Positions 17,292-26,662 of a stretch of 64,000 nt of DNA are shown piece by piece. Below the pieces are notes generated by a model. It saw only the letters and a program-made list of their open reading frames with translations, was not told where the DNA came from and did no database searches. This stretch comes from Pseudomonadota bacterium (GTDB lineage: Bacteria > Pseudomonadota > Alphaproteobacteria > Rhodobacterales > Rhodobacteraceae). Location of the stretch: NCBI GenBank assembly GCA_046049665.1, contig JBJOQW010000060.1:21056-85055 (forward strand), in the 5' to 3' direction. The translations under genes and the position numbers were made by a program. The number at the start of each line of letters is the position of its first letter. Position 1 is the stretch's first letter.

Positions 17292-18308
17292 TCAGATCGA
17301 AAGCCTGATCCCTGTGCCGCCACCCTGCGATCCGCGTTCGCGGTAGGGGGTGGTGTTGTAATGCGACCGGTAGCATTTGGAAAAATGCGACGGGGAGGCA
17401 AAGCCGCAGGCAAGCGCCACGTTGATCACGCTCATATCCGTTTGCAGCAGCAGGTTGCGCGCCTTTTGCAAACGCAGTTCCATGTAATACCGCTTTGGGC
17501 TGCGGTTCAGGTACCGCGCGAACAGGCGTTCCAGCTGGCGCGTGCTCATCCCCACATCTTCGGCCAGATCGGCAGGCGACATCGGGTCTTCGATGTTGCC
17601 TTCCATCATGTGGATGACCTGGCTTAGTTTCGGGTGGCGCACGCCGATGCGGGTGGGCACGGACAGGCGCTGCGTATCCTGATCGGTGCGGATCGTGGAA
17701 TAGATCATCAGGTCGGCCACATTATTGGCCATGTCTTCCCCGTGGTCAGCGGCAATGATGCGCAGCATGAGGTCGATCGAGCTGATCCCGCCCGCAGTGG
17801 ACCAACGGTTGCCATCCATCACAAAGACGGATTTCGACAGCTTCACCTCTTCGAATTCCTCGGCAAAGCCATCGTGGTTTTCCCAATGAACGGTCGCTTT
17901 CTTACCATCAAGCAGGCCCGCCTTGGCCAAGGCATAGGCGCCGGTGCAAAGGCCACCGATCGTCACACCGCGGCGCGCCTCGCGCCGCAGCCAGTTGACC
18001 ACGCCCTTGGTGGTGGTGTGCTGAATATCAAGGCCGCCACAGACAAGCACGGTGTCATCACGCTCAACCTCGTCCAGCCCAAGGTCCAGCCGGAAGGTTG
18101 CGCCGTTCGAGCAGGTTTTTTCCACGCCGCCCTCGCCCGCAAGGGCCCAGGTATACAGCGGATAGCCTGCGACGTGGTTGGCCAGCCGCAAGGGTTCAAT
18201 CGCGCCGGCGAAGTTGATCATGGTAAAGCGGTCCAGCAGCAGAAACACAAAGCGGCGGGGGGCCGTTGTCTTGGTGACCTGAGTTGCCTTGCGCTGAGGG
18301 CTTTGCAT
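17292..18308 (-). CDS. GlxA-family transcriptional regulator (DJ-1/PfpI domain + AraC HTH)
   Basis: RFVFLLLDRFTMINFAGAIEPLR, GGLCTGAYALAKAGLLDG. C-terminal AraC HTH (ALACGFASPSHFSKCYR). Start moved to MQSPQRK. Confidence 0.88.
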   Translation of the reverse strand: MQSPQRKATQVTKTTAPRRFVFLLLDRFTMINFAGAIEPLRLANHVAGYPLYTWALAGEGGVEKTCSNGATFRLDLGLDEVERDDTVLVCGGLDIQHTTTKGVVNWLRREARRGVTIGGLCTGAYALAKAGLLDGKKATVHWENHDGFAEEFEEVKLSKSVFVMDGNRWSTAGGISSIDLMLRIIAADHGEDMANNVADLMIYSTIRTDQDTQRLSVPTRIGVRHPKLSQVIHMMEGNIEDPMSPADLAEDVGMSTRQLERLFARYLNRSPKRYYMELRLQKARNLLLQTDMSVINVALACGFASPSHFSKCYRSHYNTTPYRERGSQGGGTGIRLSI

Positions 18309-18448
18309 CGGTGCGACCTGATTGCGTCGGTATTGGCACATGCAAACTACAAATCCTGCCTGTCTGCAAGCTGCATCCTGATCGGAAACAGCGATCTCTT
18401 TGTGGCCTGCTGCTTGACAGGGGGCGGGCGAGGGAAAAGACTGCGGGC

Positions 18449-18811
18449 ATGCGCAAGATGTTTCGGCTTCACCCCTACCTGACGACGGCCTTTGTCGTGT
18501 CATCGGTCTTGGCGGTTGGCTTTCTGATCAAGATCACCTTGGGCATCATCGGGTGGGAAGGGGGCAGGCCCGGCCCTGTCCGGCCATGGATGACGGTGGG
18601 GCTTGTGGCGGAAAACTGGGGGTTGGAGCCGCGCGCGATTGATGCAGCAGCAGGCCTGCCGGAACCGGTGGAGGGCCGGCCTTTCACATTGCAGGAAATC
18701 GCGGATGCGCGGGGTGTGCCGGTTGAAGAGATTATCAAACTGGTCGAAGACACGGTGCGGCAGATGAAGCGGGCCGAACATGGTGGCCATGGTGGCGGCG
18801 CAGACCCATGA
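18449..18811 (+). CDS. small membrane-anchored hypothetical protein (120 aa)
   Basis: One N-terminal TM helix (TTAFVVSSVLAVGFLIKITLGII) and a His/Gly tail. Its stop overlaps the dedA start (ATGA). Confidence 0.5.
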   Translation: MRKMFRLHPYLTTAFVVSSVLAVGFLIKITLGIIGWEGGRPGPVRPWMTVGLVAENWGLEPRAIDAAAGLPEPVEGRPFTLQEIADARGVPVEEIIKLVEDTVRQMKRAEHGGHGGGADP

Positions 18812-19392
18812 CAGACTGGCTGCTGGCGCTTGTGCCAACCTATGGGCCGTGGTTGCTGTTTGGCGCAACATTCCTGTCCTGCATGGCCTTGCCCATTCCG
18901 GCGTCGATCCTGATGCTGGCAGCAGGTGGATTTGTTGCGGCGGGTGATCTGGCCCTTGCCACCACGGCGGGCGCGGCCTTGGCCGGGGCGGTGGCTGGCG
19001 ATCAGGCAGGTTATGCCGCCGGGCGGTTTGGTGTGGCAGGAATATTGCGTGGGGCGGAAGGCAAATCAGCGTTGCTGGCGCGGGCGACGCAGATGCTGGC
19101 ACAAAAGGGGGGGCTGGCTGTGTATGTCACGCGCTGGCTGATTTCCGCGCTTGGGCCCTATGTCAATCTGGCAGGCGGGGCGGCGCGCATGCCTTGGGCG
19201 CGTTTTACCCTATGGTCGGTGCTGGGCGAAGGCACCTGGGTGGCGCTTTACGTGGGCCTTGGGCGCAGTTTTGCAGGCAATCTGGAGGCGGCCTCGGCGC
19301 AGGCGGTCAGTATTCTGGGCTTTCTTGCTGCGGGGGCGGTAGCTGTGGGATTGGGATACGTGTTGCTGCGGGCCATGCGTGGCGGGCATTAG
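18808..19392 (+). CDS. DedA/VTT-domain membrane protein
   Basis: LLFGATFLSCMALPIPASILMLAAGGF and the overall DedA topology. Confidence 0.8.
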   Translation: MTDWLLALVPTYGPWLLFGATFLSCMALPIPASILMLAAGGFVAAGDLALATTAGAALAGAVAGDQAGYAAGRFGVAGILRGAEGKSALLARATQMLAQKGGLAVYVTRWLISALGPYVNLAGGAARMPWARFTLWSVLGEGTWVALYVGLGRSFAGNLEAASAQAVSILGFLAAGAVAVGLGYVLLRAMRGGH

Positions 19393-19475
19393 CCGCGCAA
19401 CTTCCCGTTTGCGCTGCCTTGTGACAGACCCTATAACCCAGCCGAATTATGCGGAAATCGACAAAGGACAGGGCC

Positions 19476-20846
19476 ATGACCAAGGGCTGGACCAAATCAG
19501 ACTGGCGCGCGAAGCCGCGGGTGCAGATGCCGGATTATCCGGATCAGGCGGCCCTGAACGCGGTTGAGGCGCAACTGGCAAAGTACCCGCCTTTGGTGTT
19601 TGCAGGCGAAGCGCGCAAGCTGAAGCGGCAGCTGGCACTGGCGGCCGAGGGCAAGGCGTTTCTGCTGCAGGGTGGGGATTGCGCGGAATCATTCGCGGAA
19701 TTCAGCGCGGACAATATCCGCGACACGTTCCGCGTGATGCTACAGATGGCCGTGGTGCTGACCTATGGCGCGAAGGTGCCGGTCATCAAGGTGGGGCGTA
19801 TGGCGGGGCAGTTTGCCAAGCCGCGTTCGGCGCCGACCGAAGTGATTGATGGTGTGGAATACCCAAGCTACCGGGGCGATATCATCAATGGCTTTGACGC
19901 CACGGTTGAATCGCGCAGGCCCGATCCGGGCCGCATGCTGCAGGCCTATACGCAGGCGGCGGCCAGCCTGAACCTGCTGCGCGCCTTCAGCACGGGTGGT
20001 TTTGCCGACATCCACCGGGTGCACAGCTGGACGCTGGGCTTTGCGGAGCATGACAAGGCGGAACGCTACCGCGAGCTTTCGAACCGCATTTCGGATGCGC
20101 TGGATTTCATGAATGCAGCGGGTGTGAATGGCGATACCAGCAATGCGCTGGCAACGGTGGATTTCTACACCAGCCACGAGGCACTGCTGCTGGAATACGA
20201 AGAGGCGCTGTGCCGGATTGACAGCATCACGGGCCTGCCGGTTGCAGGGTCTGGCCACATGATCTGGATCGGGGATCGGACACGCCAGCCAGACGGGGCG
20301 CATGTGGAATTCTGCCGTGGGGTGCAAAACCCGATTGGTCTGAAATGCGGGCCGACGACGACGGCGGATGATCTGAAGGTGCTGATGGCCAAGCTGAACC
20401 CAGCCAATGAGGCGGGGCGCCTGACACTGATCGCGCGGTTTGGTGCGGGCAAGGTAGCTGAGAACCTGCCGCGTCTGATCAAAGCGGTGCGTGAGGAAGG
20501 TGCGAATGTGCTGTGGTCTTGCGATCCGATGCACGGCAATACGATCAAGGCGGCATCAGGCTACAAGACGCGGCCGTTTGACAGCGTTCTGCGCGAAGTG
20601 CGCGAGTTCTTTGGCATCCACAAGGCCGAAGGCACCATTCCGGGCGGCGTGCATTTTGAAATGACGGGTCAGGATGTGACCGAATGCACGGGCGGTCTGC
20701 GCGCGGTTTCAGATGAGGACCTGTCGGATCGGTATCACACGGCCTGCGATCCGCGCCTGAATGCAAGCCAGTCGCTGGAGCTGGCGTTCCTTGTGGCGGA
20801 AGAGCTGTCTGCCATGCGCAGTTCGGGTCAGCGCATCGCGCTGTAA
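19476..20846 (+). CDS. class II 3-deoxy-7-phosphoheptulonate (DAHP) synthase
   Basis: [15 protein letters not shown]-terminus, [18 protein letters not shown] at 19476 with AAGGA SD. Confidence 0.93.
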   Translation: MTKGWTKSDWRAKPRVQMPDYPDQAALNAVEAQLAKYPPLVFAGEARKLKRQLALAAEGKAFLLQGGDCAESFAEFSADNIRDTFRVMLQMAVVLTYGAKVPVIKVGRMAGQFAKPRSAPTEVIDGVEYPSYRGDIINGFDATVESRRPDPGRMLQAYTQAAASLNLLRAFSTGGFADIHRVHSWTLGFAEHDKAERYRELSNRISDALDFMNAAGVNGDTSNALATVDFYTSHEALLLEYEEALCRIDSITGLPVAGSGHMIWIGDRTRQPDGAHVEFCRGVQNPIGLKCGPTTTADDLKVLMAKLNPANEAGRLTLIARFGAGKVAENLPRLIKAVREEGANVLWSCDPMHGNTIKAASGYKTRPFDSVLREVREFFGIHKAEGTIPGGVHFEMTGQDVTECTGGLRAVSDEDLSDRYHTACDPRLNASQSLELAFLVAEELSAMRSSGQRIAL

Positions 20847-20863
20847 GGCGCGGGTGATGGGCA

Positions 20864-20894
20864 AAAGGGCCCAGGCGTGAAAGCCCGGGCCTTT
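20864..20894. terminator. imperfect GC-rich hairpin between convergent genes
   Basis: AAAGGGCCCAGGC ... GCCCGGGCCTTT, with one bulge and one mismatch. Confidence 0.55.
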
Positions 20895-20895
20895 G

Positions 20896-21540
20896 TCATT
20901 TCACAACGCGCAGGTAGGGCACGGCAGAGGGGCGGGTCTCGGGGTGCCGGAAGGGAACCGTCTCTTCCGCAAAGACCGGAATGCGCCGGGCGACCTCGGG
21001 CGGCACCAACGGGGCGGTCTGATCAAGCGCCTCACAGGTTGTGCGCAGGATGTGAAACCGCCGGGGTGTGCGCCCGGCGGTGCCGCGCAGCACAAGGCAG
21101 CCCAGCAGCAGGTCAGGTGCATCCGTTTCGCCGCGCATTGGCAGCAGCAACATTTGCCCCATCAGCGCCGGCCTGCCCAAGCCGCGTTCCGCCTCCATCC
21201 GCAGGGTTACGGCGGTTTTGCCAGTGAAGACCTTGGTGAGCGCTGTTTCCAGTTCGGCGCGCGCCATCGGGTCAAACAACGCCGATAGCGGCATGCCGCG
21301 CAGTTCCATGCCCATCAGATCGGTGAAGGTTGCGCCTGCCAAGCGAACCCGTGCGAGCCCCGGCGCAATCTGTTCAGCAATCACGGTCTGGTGCAGGCAA
21401 TATTTCAGGCCGCGCGGGTCAAGATCAGCCCGGCGCGGCAGGCCACCACTGGGGCGCAGCGCCTCCCAGTAGCCGCGCAGTTCTGCAAAGGGCGCAATTG
21501 CCGCCCCTCCAGGCCCGACATTATCCATATCAATGACCAT
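20896..21540 (-). CDS. PAS-like domain protein (DUF1457-type)
   Basis: FAELRGYWEALRPSGGLPRRADLDPRGL...L.G.ELRG pattern typical of this alphaproteobacterial family. Confidence 0.7.
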   Translation of the reverse strand: MVIDMDNVGPGGAAIAPFAELRGYWEALRPSGGLPRRADLDPRGLKYCLHQTVIAEQIAPGLARVRLAGATFTDLMGMELRGMPLSALFDPMARAELETALTKVFTGKTAVTLRMEAERGLGRPALMGQMLLLPMRGETDAPDLLLGCLVLRGTAGRTPRRFHILRTTCEALDQTAPLVPPEVARRIPVFAEETVPFRHPETRPSAVPYLRVVK

Positions 21541-21757
21541 AACCCCAGTCCCCGTCTGCCCCAGTTCGCGTCCGCACCATTGCCACCTGCCTGCCCGTTG
21601 TCGCGTGGCCCGCCCTCTGTTAAGCGAGTGGGGTGCGCGCGTGCTTTGGCGGCAGCGTTAGCAATGTTTTAATATAACCGCTTACGTCGGGTTTCGGGAA
21701 ACAAAGTTAGAAAATGGTAAACGCAGAGCACCTTACACCGCATGACAGGGTCATGGC

Positions 21758-22645
21758 ATGACCGTGTCGATGACCGGATTTGCAGCGGGGCGCGGGCAGG
21801 GGGCAAAGGCCAGCTGGGTCTGGGATCTGCGCGGCGTGAATGGCAAGGGCCTTGATCTGCGCCTGCGCGTGCCCGACTGGATTGATGGGCTGGAGGCAGC
21901 TATCCGCACGGAACTGGGCCGCTGCGTGGCGCGCGGCAACATCAGCCTGACATTGCGCGTGGCGCGCGATGTGGAAGATGAGGGGGCCCTACGCCTGAAC
22001 GCGGCAGCTTTGCAGGCGGCGCTGCGCGCAATGGGCGATGTGGAACAGGCCGCGATGGCGGCAGGCGTGACGCTGGCGCAACCCTCGCCCGCCGATGTGC
22101 TGGCGCTGCGCGGTGTTCTGGAACAGGCGGGTGCCGAGGCTGACCCCGCCCCCTTGCGCGCGGCGATTCTGGCTGACCTTCCCGCCCTGATTGCGGCGTT
22201 TCAGGACATGCGCGCATCCGAAGGGCGCGCCTTGCAGGAACTGATTGCCAGCCAGATTGACCAGATCGCTCAGCTTGTGACCGCCGCGAAAGCCGCCGCC
22301 GAAGCGCGCCGCCCCGCCGTGCAGACCGCCCTGCAGGATGCCATTGCCCGCGTCATCGCCGAAAGCGTTGATCCGGCCCGTCTGGCACAGGAACTGGCGC
22401 TATTGGCCGTGAAGGCGGATGTGACCGAGGAGCTTGACCGTCTTGGTGCCCATATCACCGCCGCGCGGGCCCTGCTGCATGAGGCGGGCCCTGTGGGGCG
22501 CAAGTTTGATTTCCTGATGCAGGAATTCATGCGCGAGGCGAATACGCTGTGTTCCAAATCAGCCGATATTGCGCTGACGCGGATCGGGCTTGATCTGAAA
22601 ACCGTGATCGACCAGTTGCGTGAACAAGTGCAGAATGTGGAATGA
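21758..22645 (+). CDS. yicC: YicC family stress-induced protein
   Basis: SMTGFA N-terminus, C-terminal [17 protein letters not shown]. Precedes gmk. Confidence 0.9.
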   Translation: MTVSMTGFAAGRGQGAKASWVWDLRGVNGKGLDLRLRVPDWIDGLEAAIRTELGRCVARGNISLTLRVARDVEDEGALRLNAAALQAALRAMGDVEQAAMAAGVTLAQPSPADVLALRGVLEQAGAEADPAPLRAAILADLPALIAAFQDMRASEGRALQELIASQIDQIAQLVTAAKAAAEARRPAVQTALQDAIARVIAESVDPARLAQELALLAVKADVTEELDRLGAHITAARALLHEAGPVGRKFDFLMQEFMREANTLCSKSADIALTRIGLDLKTVIDQLREQVQNVE

Positions 22646-23283
22646 CCATGCAGCGTAAGGGCCTTTTGCTGATCCTGTCATCGCCTTCGGGGGCGGGAAA
22701 ATCGACGCTGGCGCGCAGGCTGATGGCATGGGATCCGACCATGCGCTTTTCGGTGTCAGCCACCACGCGCGCGCCCCGGCCGGGTGAGGTGGACGGGCGC
22801 GAGTATTTCTTCCGCAGCCATGCCGAGTTTGAAGAGATGGTGGCGGCGGGCCAGATGCTGGAACATGCGACGGTATTTGACAACCGCTATGGCAGCCCGC
22901 GCGCGCCGGTTGAGGCGGCCATGGCGGAAGGGCGCGATACCCTCTTTGATATTGACTGGCAGGGCGGGCAGCAAATTCGCGCCTCGGCTTTGGCGCGGGA
23001 TGTGGTTTCGGTATTCATCCTGCCACCGTCGATTGCAGAACTGGACCGGCGGCTGCGGACGCGGGGGCAGGATAGTGCCGAGGTGATTGCGGGGCGGATG
23101 GCGAAATCGGAATCGGAAATCAGCCACTGGGGTGAATATGACTATGTCATCGTCAATGACGATATTGACAAGTCTTTCAATGCGTTGACGACCATTCTTC
23201 AGGCGGAGCGTATGCGGCGTGACCGCCAGCCGGGCCTGCCGGATTTCATCCGTGACCTGCAGCAGGAGTTTGCCGCAAGATGA
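22642..23283 (+). CDS. gmk: guanylate kinase
   Basis: P-loop [22 protein letters not shown]. Confidence 0.95.
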   Translation: MTMQRKGLLLILSSPSGAGKSTLARRLMAWDPTMRFSVSATTRAPRPGEVDGREYFFRSHAEFEEMVAAGQMLEHATVFDNRYGSPRAPVEAAMAEGRDTLFDIDWQGGQQIRASALARDVVSVFILPPSIAELDRRLRTRGQDSAEVIAGRMAKSESEISHWGEYDYVIVNDDIDKSFNALTTILQAERMRRDRQPGLPDFIRDLQQEFAAR

Positions 23284-23798
23284 TTTACGAACTTGATGGG
23301 ATCATGCCCGAAATTCACCCCGACGCCTGGATCGCACCGGGGGCGCATGTGATGGGCAAGGTTCGGATCGGGGCGGGGGCGTCGGTCTGGTTCGGGGCGG
23401 TGCTGCGGGGGGATAATGAGTGGATCACGGTGGGTGAGGACACGAATATCCAGGAAAACAGCGTGCTGCATACGGATTGGGGTTATCCGCTGACAATTGG
23501 CGCGCGCTGCACGATTGGCCACAAGGCGATGCTGCATGGCTGTGTGATTGCCGACGGGTCACTGATCGGCATGGGGGCCACGGTGCTGAACGGGGCGCAG
23601 ATCGGGGCGGGCTGCCTGATTGGGGCCTGTGCGCTGGTCACGGAAGGCAAGGTGATTGCGGACGGATCGTTGGTGATGGGCGCGCCGGGGCGCGTGGTGC
23701 GCGCAGTTGATGATGAGGGGCGGGCACGGCTGCTGGCCTCGGCTGCGGGCTATGCGGCGAATGCGCAGCGGTTCAAGCAGGGGTTGGTTGCGCGCTAG
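23280..23798 (+). CDS. gamma-carbonic-anhydrase-like hexapeptide-repeat protein
   Basis: Left-handed beta-helix repeats, VLHTD...IG.....GH.A.LHGC. Confidence 0.88.
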   Translation: MIYELDGIMPEIHPDAWIAPGAHVMGKVRIGAGASVWFGAVLRGDNEWITVGEDTNIQENSVLHTDWGYPLTIGARCTIGHKAMLHGCVIADGSLIGMGATVLNGAQIGAGCLIGACALVTEGKVIADGSLVMGAPGRVVRAVDDEGRARLLASAAGYAANAQRFKQGLVAR

Positions 23799-23806
23799 CT
23801 GTTGCA

Positions 23807-23830
23807 AAAATGGAATAATTGTTCCATTAT
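23807..23830. promoter_or_regulatory. IolR-type operator GGAA-N6-TTCC upstream of iolR
   Basis: AAAATGGAATAATTGTTCCATTAT with perfect 7-nt arms AATGGAA/TTCCATT. 18 of 24 positions are identical to the site at 24692. Confidence 0.7.
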
Positions 23831-23855
23831 GGGTCATGATCGCGAGGGCCCTTTG

Positions 23856-24674
23856 ATGACAAAGCCGCAAACGGCACCCACCACGATTGAAACGTTTCGT
23901 GACCGGTTGGCTGAAGTCAGCCCCGATCTGCCGCGGCGTTTGCGGCAATGCGCAGATTTCATTGCGGGAAACCTTGACCGGATCGCGGTGTCAACGGTGG
24001 CTGAGATTGCGGCGGGGGCGGATGTGCCGCCATCGGCGGTGATGCGGTTTTGCCAGATTCTGGGGTTCAGCGGGTTTTCGGACATGCAAAGGCTGTTCCG
24101 TGATGCCTATGCGCCGGGTCTGCCCGATTATGCCACACGGCTGCGCAACCTGCAGGCAGGCAGCCCTGCGGCGATTCTGGCGGAATTTGTTGAGGCGGGG
24201 CGTTTGTCATTGGAAAACATGGCAAAAACGCTGGACCCGGTGGCGCTGGATGCGGCGGTGGCGGTGCTGGCGCGGGCGGGGGTGGTGCATATTGCGGGGC
24301 GGCGGCGGTCTTTTCCGATTGCGGCCTACTTTGGCTATATCTTTGAAAAGCTGGCTGTGCCGGCGCTTTTGCATGATGGGGTTGGCCAGTTGGACAACAG
24401 CCATGTGCTGCGCCCCGGCGATGCGCTGATTGCCATCACCTTTGCGCCTTATGCGGAAGAAACCCATGCGCTGGCGCAAGCGGCCATTGCGCGCGGGGTG
24501 CCGGTGGTGCTGCTGACAGACCGGTTGACCAGCCCCTTGGCGCGGCAGGCGCAGGCGGTTCTGACCATTGCCGAGGTTGATTTCGGGGCGTTCCGCGCGC
24601 CAACGGCAACGCTGGCGGTTGCTGTTTCCCTGGCCGTGGCCGTGGCTGCGGCGCGTGACTCTGGCCACGAATAG
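23856..24674 (+). CDS. iolR: RpiR/MurR-family repressor of inositol catabolism
   Basis: N-terminal HTH_6 (VSTVAEIAAGADVPPSAVMRFCQILGFSGF) plus a SIS domain. Sits beside iolCDEB. ATG at 23856 has a GAGGG SD. Confidence 0.85.
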   Translation: MTKPQTAPTTIETFRDRLAEVSPDLPRRLRQCADFIAGNLDRIAVSTVAEIAAGADVPPSAVMRFCQILGFSGFSDMQRLFRDAYAPGLPDYATRLRNLQAGSPAAILAEFVEAGRLSLENMAKTLDPVALDAAVAVLARAGVVHIAGRRRSFPIAAYFGYIFEKLAVPALLHDGVGQLDNSHVLRPGDALIAITFAPYAEETHALAQAAIARGVPVVLLTDRLTSPLARQAQAVLTIAEVDFGAFRAPTATLAVAVSLAVAVAAARDSGHE

Positions 24675-24691
24675 GGCTTTTACCGTGCGCC

Positions 24692-24715
24692 AAAATGGAA
24701 TAAATATTCTATGAA
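24692..24715. promoter_or_regulatory. second IolR-type operator upstream of iolC
   Basis: AAAATGGAATAAATATTCTATGAA, that is GGAA-N6-TTCT (one mismatch to the dyad), about 45 nt upstream of the iolC ATG. Confidence 0.65.
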
Positions 24716-24760
24716 CCTTGCCCGCCGAATCTGTGGTGGGTCGCAGGTCCGGGGGGTGCG

Positions 24761-26662
24761 ATGAAAACACTGGATGTCATTACCATTGGCCGGTCATCGG
24801 TTGATCTTTACGGCGCGCAGGTGGGCGGGCGGCTGGAGGACATGGGGTCATTCCAGAAATACGTGGGCGGTAGCCCGACGAACATGGCCACGGGCACGGC
24901 ACGGCTGGGGCTGCGCTCGGCGCTGATCACGCGGGTGGGTGATGAGCATATGGGCCGCTTTATCCGCGAGGAGTTGCAGCGCGAAGGGGTGAACACGCAA
25001 GGCGTGGTGACAGACCCGGAAAGGCTGACGGCGCTGGTGCTGCTGGGCATCCGTGATGACAAGCAGTTCCCGCTGATCTTTTACCGCGAAAACTGCGCCG
25101 ATATGGCGCTGTGCGAAGATGATATTGACGCAGGCTTTATCGCGCAGGCGCGCGCGGTGGTGGCGACGGGCACGCATCTGAGCCACCCGCGCACGGCGGC
25201 GGCGGTGCTGAAAGCGTTGCATCTGGCGCGTGAGAATGGCGCGCAGACGGCGCTGGACATTGATTACCGGCCGAACCTGTGGGGGCTGTCGGGGCATGGC
25301 GACGGGGAAAACCGGTTCATCGAAAGTGCGGCGGTGACGGCGCGGTTGCAGGAAACGCTTCACCTGTTCGATCTGATCGTGGGCACCGAAGAAGAATTCC
25401 ACATTGCGGGCGGCACGACCGATACGATGGCGGCGCTGCGGGCGGTGCGGGCGGTCAGCCGCGCGGTGCTGGTATGCAAGCGCGGACCGATGGGGGCTGC
25501 GGCCTTTACGGGTGATATTCCGGCGACCCTTGACGATGGCGAGGCGGGGCCGGGCTTTCCGATTGAGGTGTTCAACGTGCTGGGCGCGGGTGATGGCTTC
25601 ATGTCGGGCCTGCTGAAAGGCTGGCTGGATGGTGAGGCATGGCCGGTAGCACTGACCTACGCCAATGCCTGCGGGGCCTTTGCCGTATCGCGCCACGGCT
25701 GCACGCCGGCCTACCCAAGCTGGGAAGAGCTGCAGTTCTTCCTGAAGCGCGGGGTGCAAACACCCGCCTTGCGCCATGATACGGCGTTGGAGCAGATCCA
25801 TTGGTCCACCAACCGGCGCAAGCAATGGCAAACGGTGCGCGCCTTTGCCTTTGATCACCGTGCGCAGCTGGAGGATATTGCCGGGGCAACACCTGCGCGG
25901 ATTGCCGCGTTCAAGAACCTTTGTCTGGATGCGACACTGGCTGTGGCGCAGGAGCGCGACGGCTATGGTCTTTTGTGCGACAACCGCCTTGGGCGCGGGG
26001 CCTTGCACCGGGCGGCGGGGCAGGGCTTGTGGATCGGGCGGCCGGTGGAATGGCCGGGATCACGGCCTTTGATGCTGGAGCCGGAACTGGGCCCGGATTT
26101 CGGGGGGCTGAACGAATGGGCGCTGGAACATGTGGTCAAGGTTCTGTGCTTTTGCCACCCGGATGATGCGCCTGACATGCAGGCCAAGCAGGAAGATACG
26201 ATCACACGGCTGTTCCACGCCTGCCGCCGCAACCGCCTTGAAATGCTGCTGGAGGTGATCCCGTCCAAGGTGGGGCCGGTGGATGACATGACGACGGCCA
26301 AGCTGATTTCGCGCTTTTATGACATCGGCATTTACCCCGACTGGTGGAAGCTGGAGCCGATGCAGACGGATGCCGCATGGGCCGCCACCTGTGATGCCAT
26401 CAACAGCCGCGATCCGCATACCCAAGGGATTGTGGTGCTGGGGCTGGGGCAATCTGAGGCGGAACTGGCAAGCGCATTCAAACTTGCGGCCAAGCATCCG
26501 CTGGTCAAAGGCTTTGCCGTAGGCCGCACCATTCATGGCAATGTCGGGCGTGACTGGATGGCGGGGCGCATTGATGATGCGACGGCAGTTGCTAGCATGG
26601 CCGAAAACTATCAACGTCTTTGCGACATCTGGGATCACGCCCGCACAGGAGTATCAGCATGA
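24761..26662 (+). CDS. iolC: 5-dehydro-2-deoxygluconokinase fused to a DUF2090 (putative DKGP aldolase) domain
   Basis: PfkB kinase N-terminal half (GAGDGFMSG) plus a roughly 300-aa C-terminal extension typical of alphaproteobacterial IolC. Confidence 0.9.
   Translation: MKTLDVITIGRSSVDLYGAQVGGRLEDMGSFQKYVGGSPTNMATGTARLGLRSALITRVGDEHMGRFIREELQREGVNTQGVVTDPERLTALVLLGIRDDKQFPLIFYRENCADMALCEDDIDAGFIAQARAVVATGTHLSHPRTAAAVLKALHLARENGAQTALDIDYRPNLWGLSGHGDGENRFIESAAVTARLQETLHLFDLIVGTEEEFHIAGGTTDTMAALRAVRAVSRAVLVCKRGPMGAAAFTGDIPATLDDGEAGPGFPIEVFNVLGAGDGFMSGLLKGWLDGEAWPVALTYANACGAFAVSRHGCTPAYPSWEELQFFLKRGVQTPALRHDTALEQIHWSTNRRKQWQTVRAFAFDHRAQLEDIAGATPARIAAFKNLCLDATLAVAQERDGYGLLCDNRLGRGALHRAAGQGLWIGRPVEWPGSRPLMLEPELGPDFGGLNEWALEHVVKVLCFCHPDDAPDMQAKQEDTITRLFHACRRNRLEMLLEVIPSKVGPVDDMTTAKLISRFYDIGIYPDWWKLEPMQTDAAWAATCDAINSRDPHTQGIVVLGLGQSEAELASAFKLAAKHPLVKGFAVGRTIHGNVGRDWMAGRIDDATAVASMAENYQRLCDIWDHARTGVSA

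Noticed and set aside
21658-21672. CtrA box-like TTAG-N7-TTAA in the PAS/yicC divergent region.
   Set aside because: One half-site is mismatched, and such near-matches are expected by chance in AT-richer promoter DNA. There is no supporting second site.
24848-26008. 386-aa minus-strand ORF inside iolC. The same applies to 28822-29859 across iolE-iolB and 33798-34691 inside pstC.
   Set aside because: These are Arg/Gln/His/Pro-rich antisense shadows of well-supported genes.
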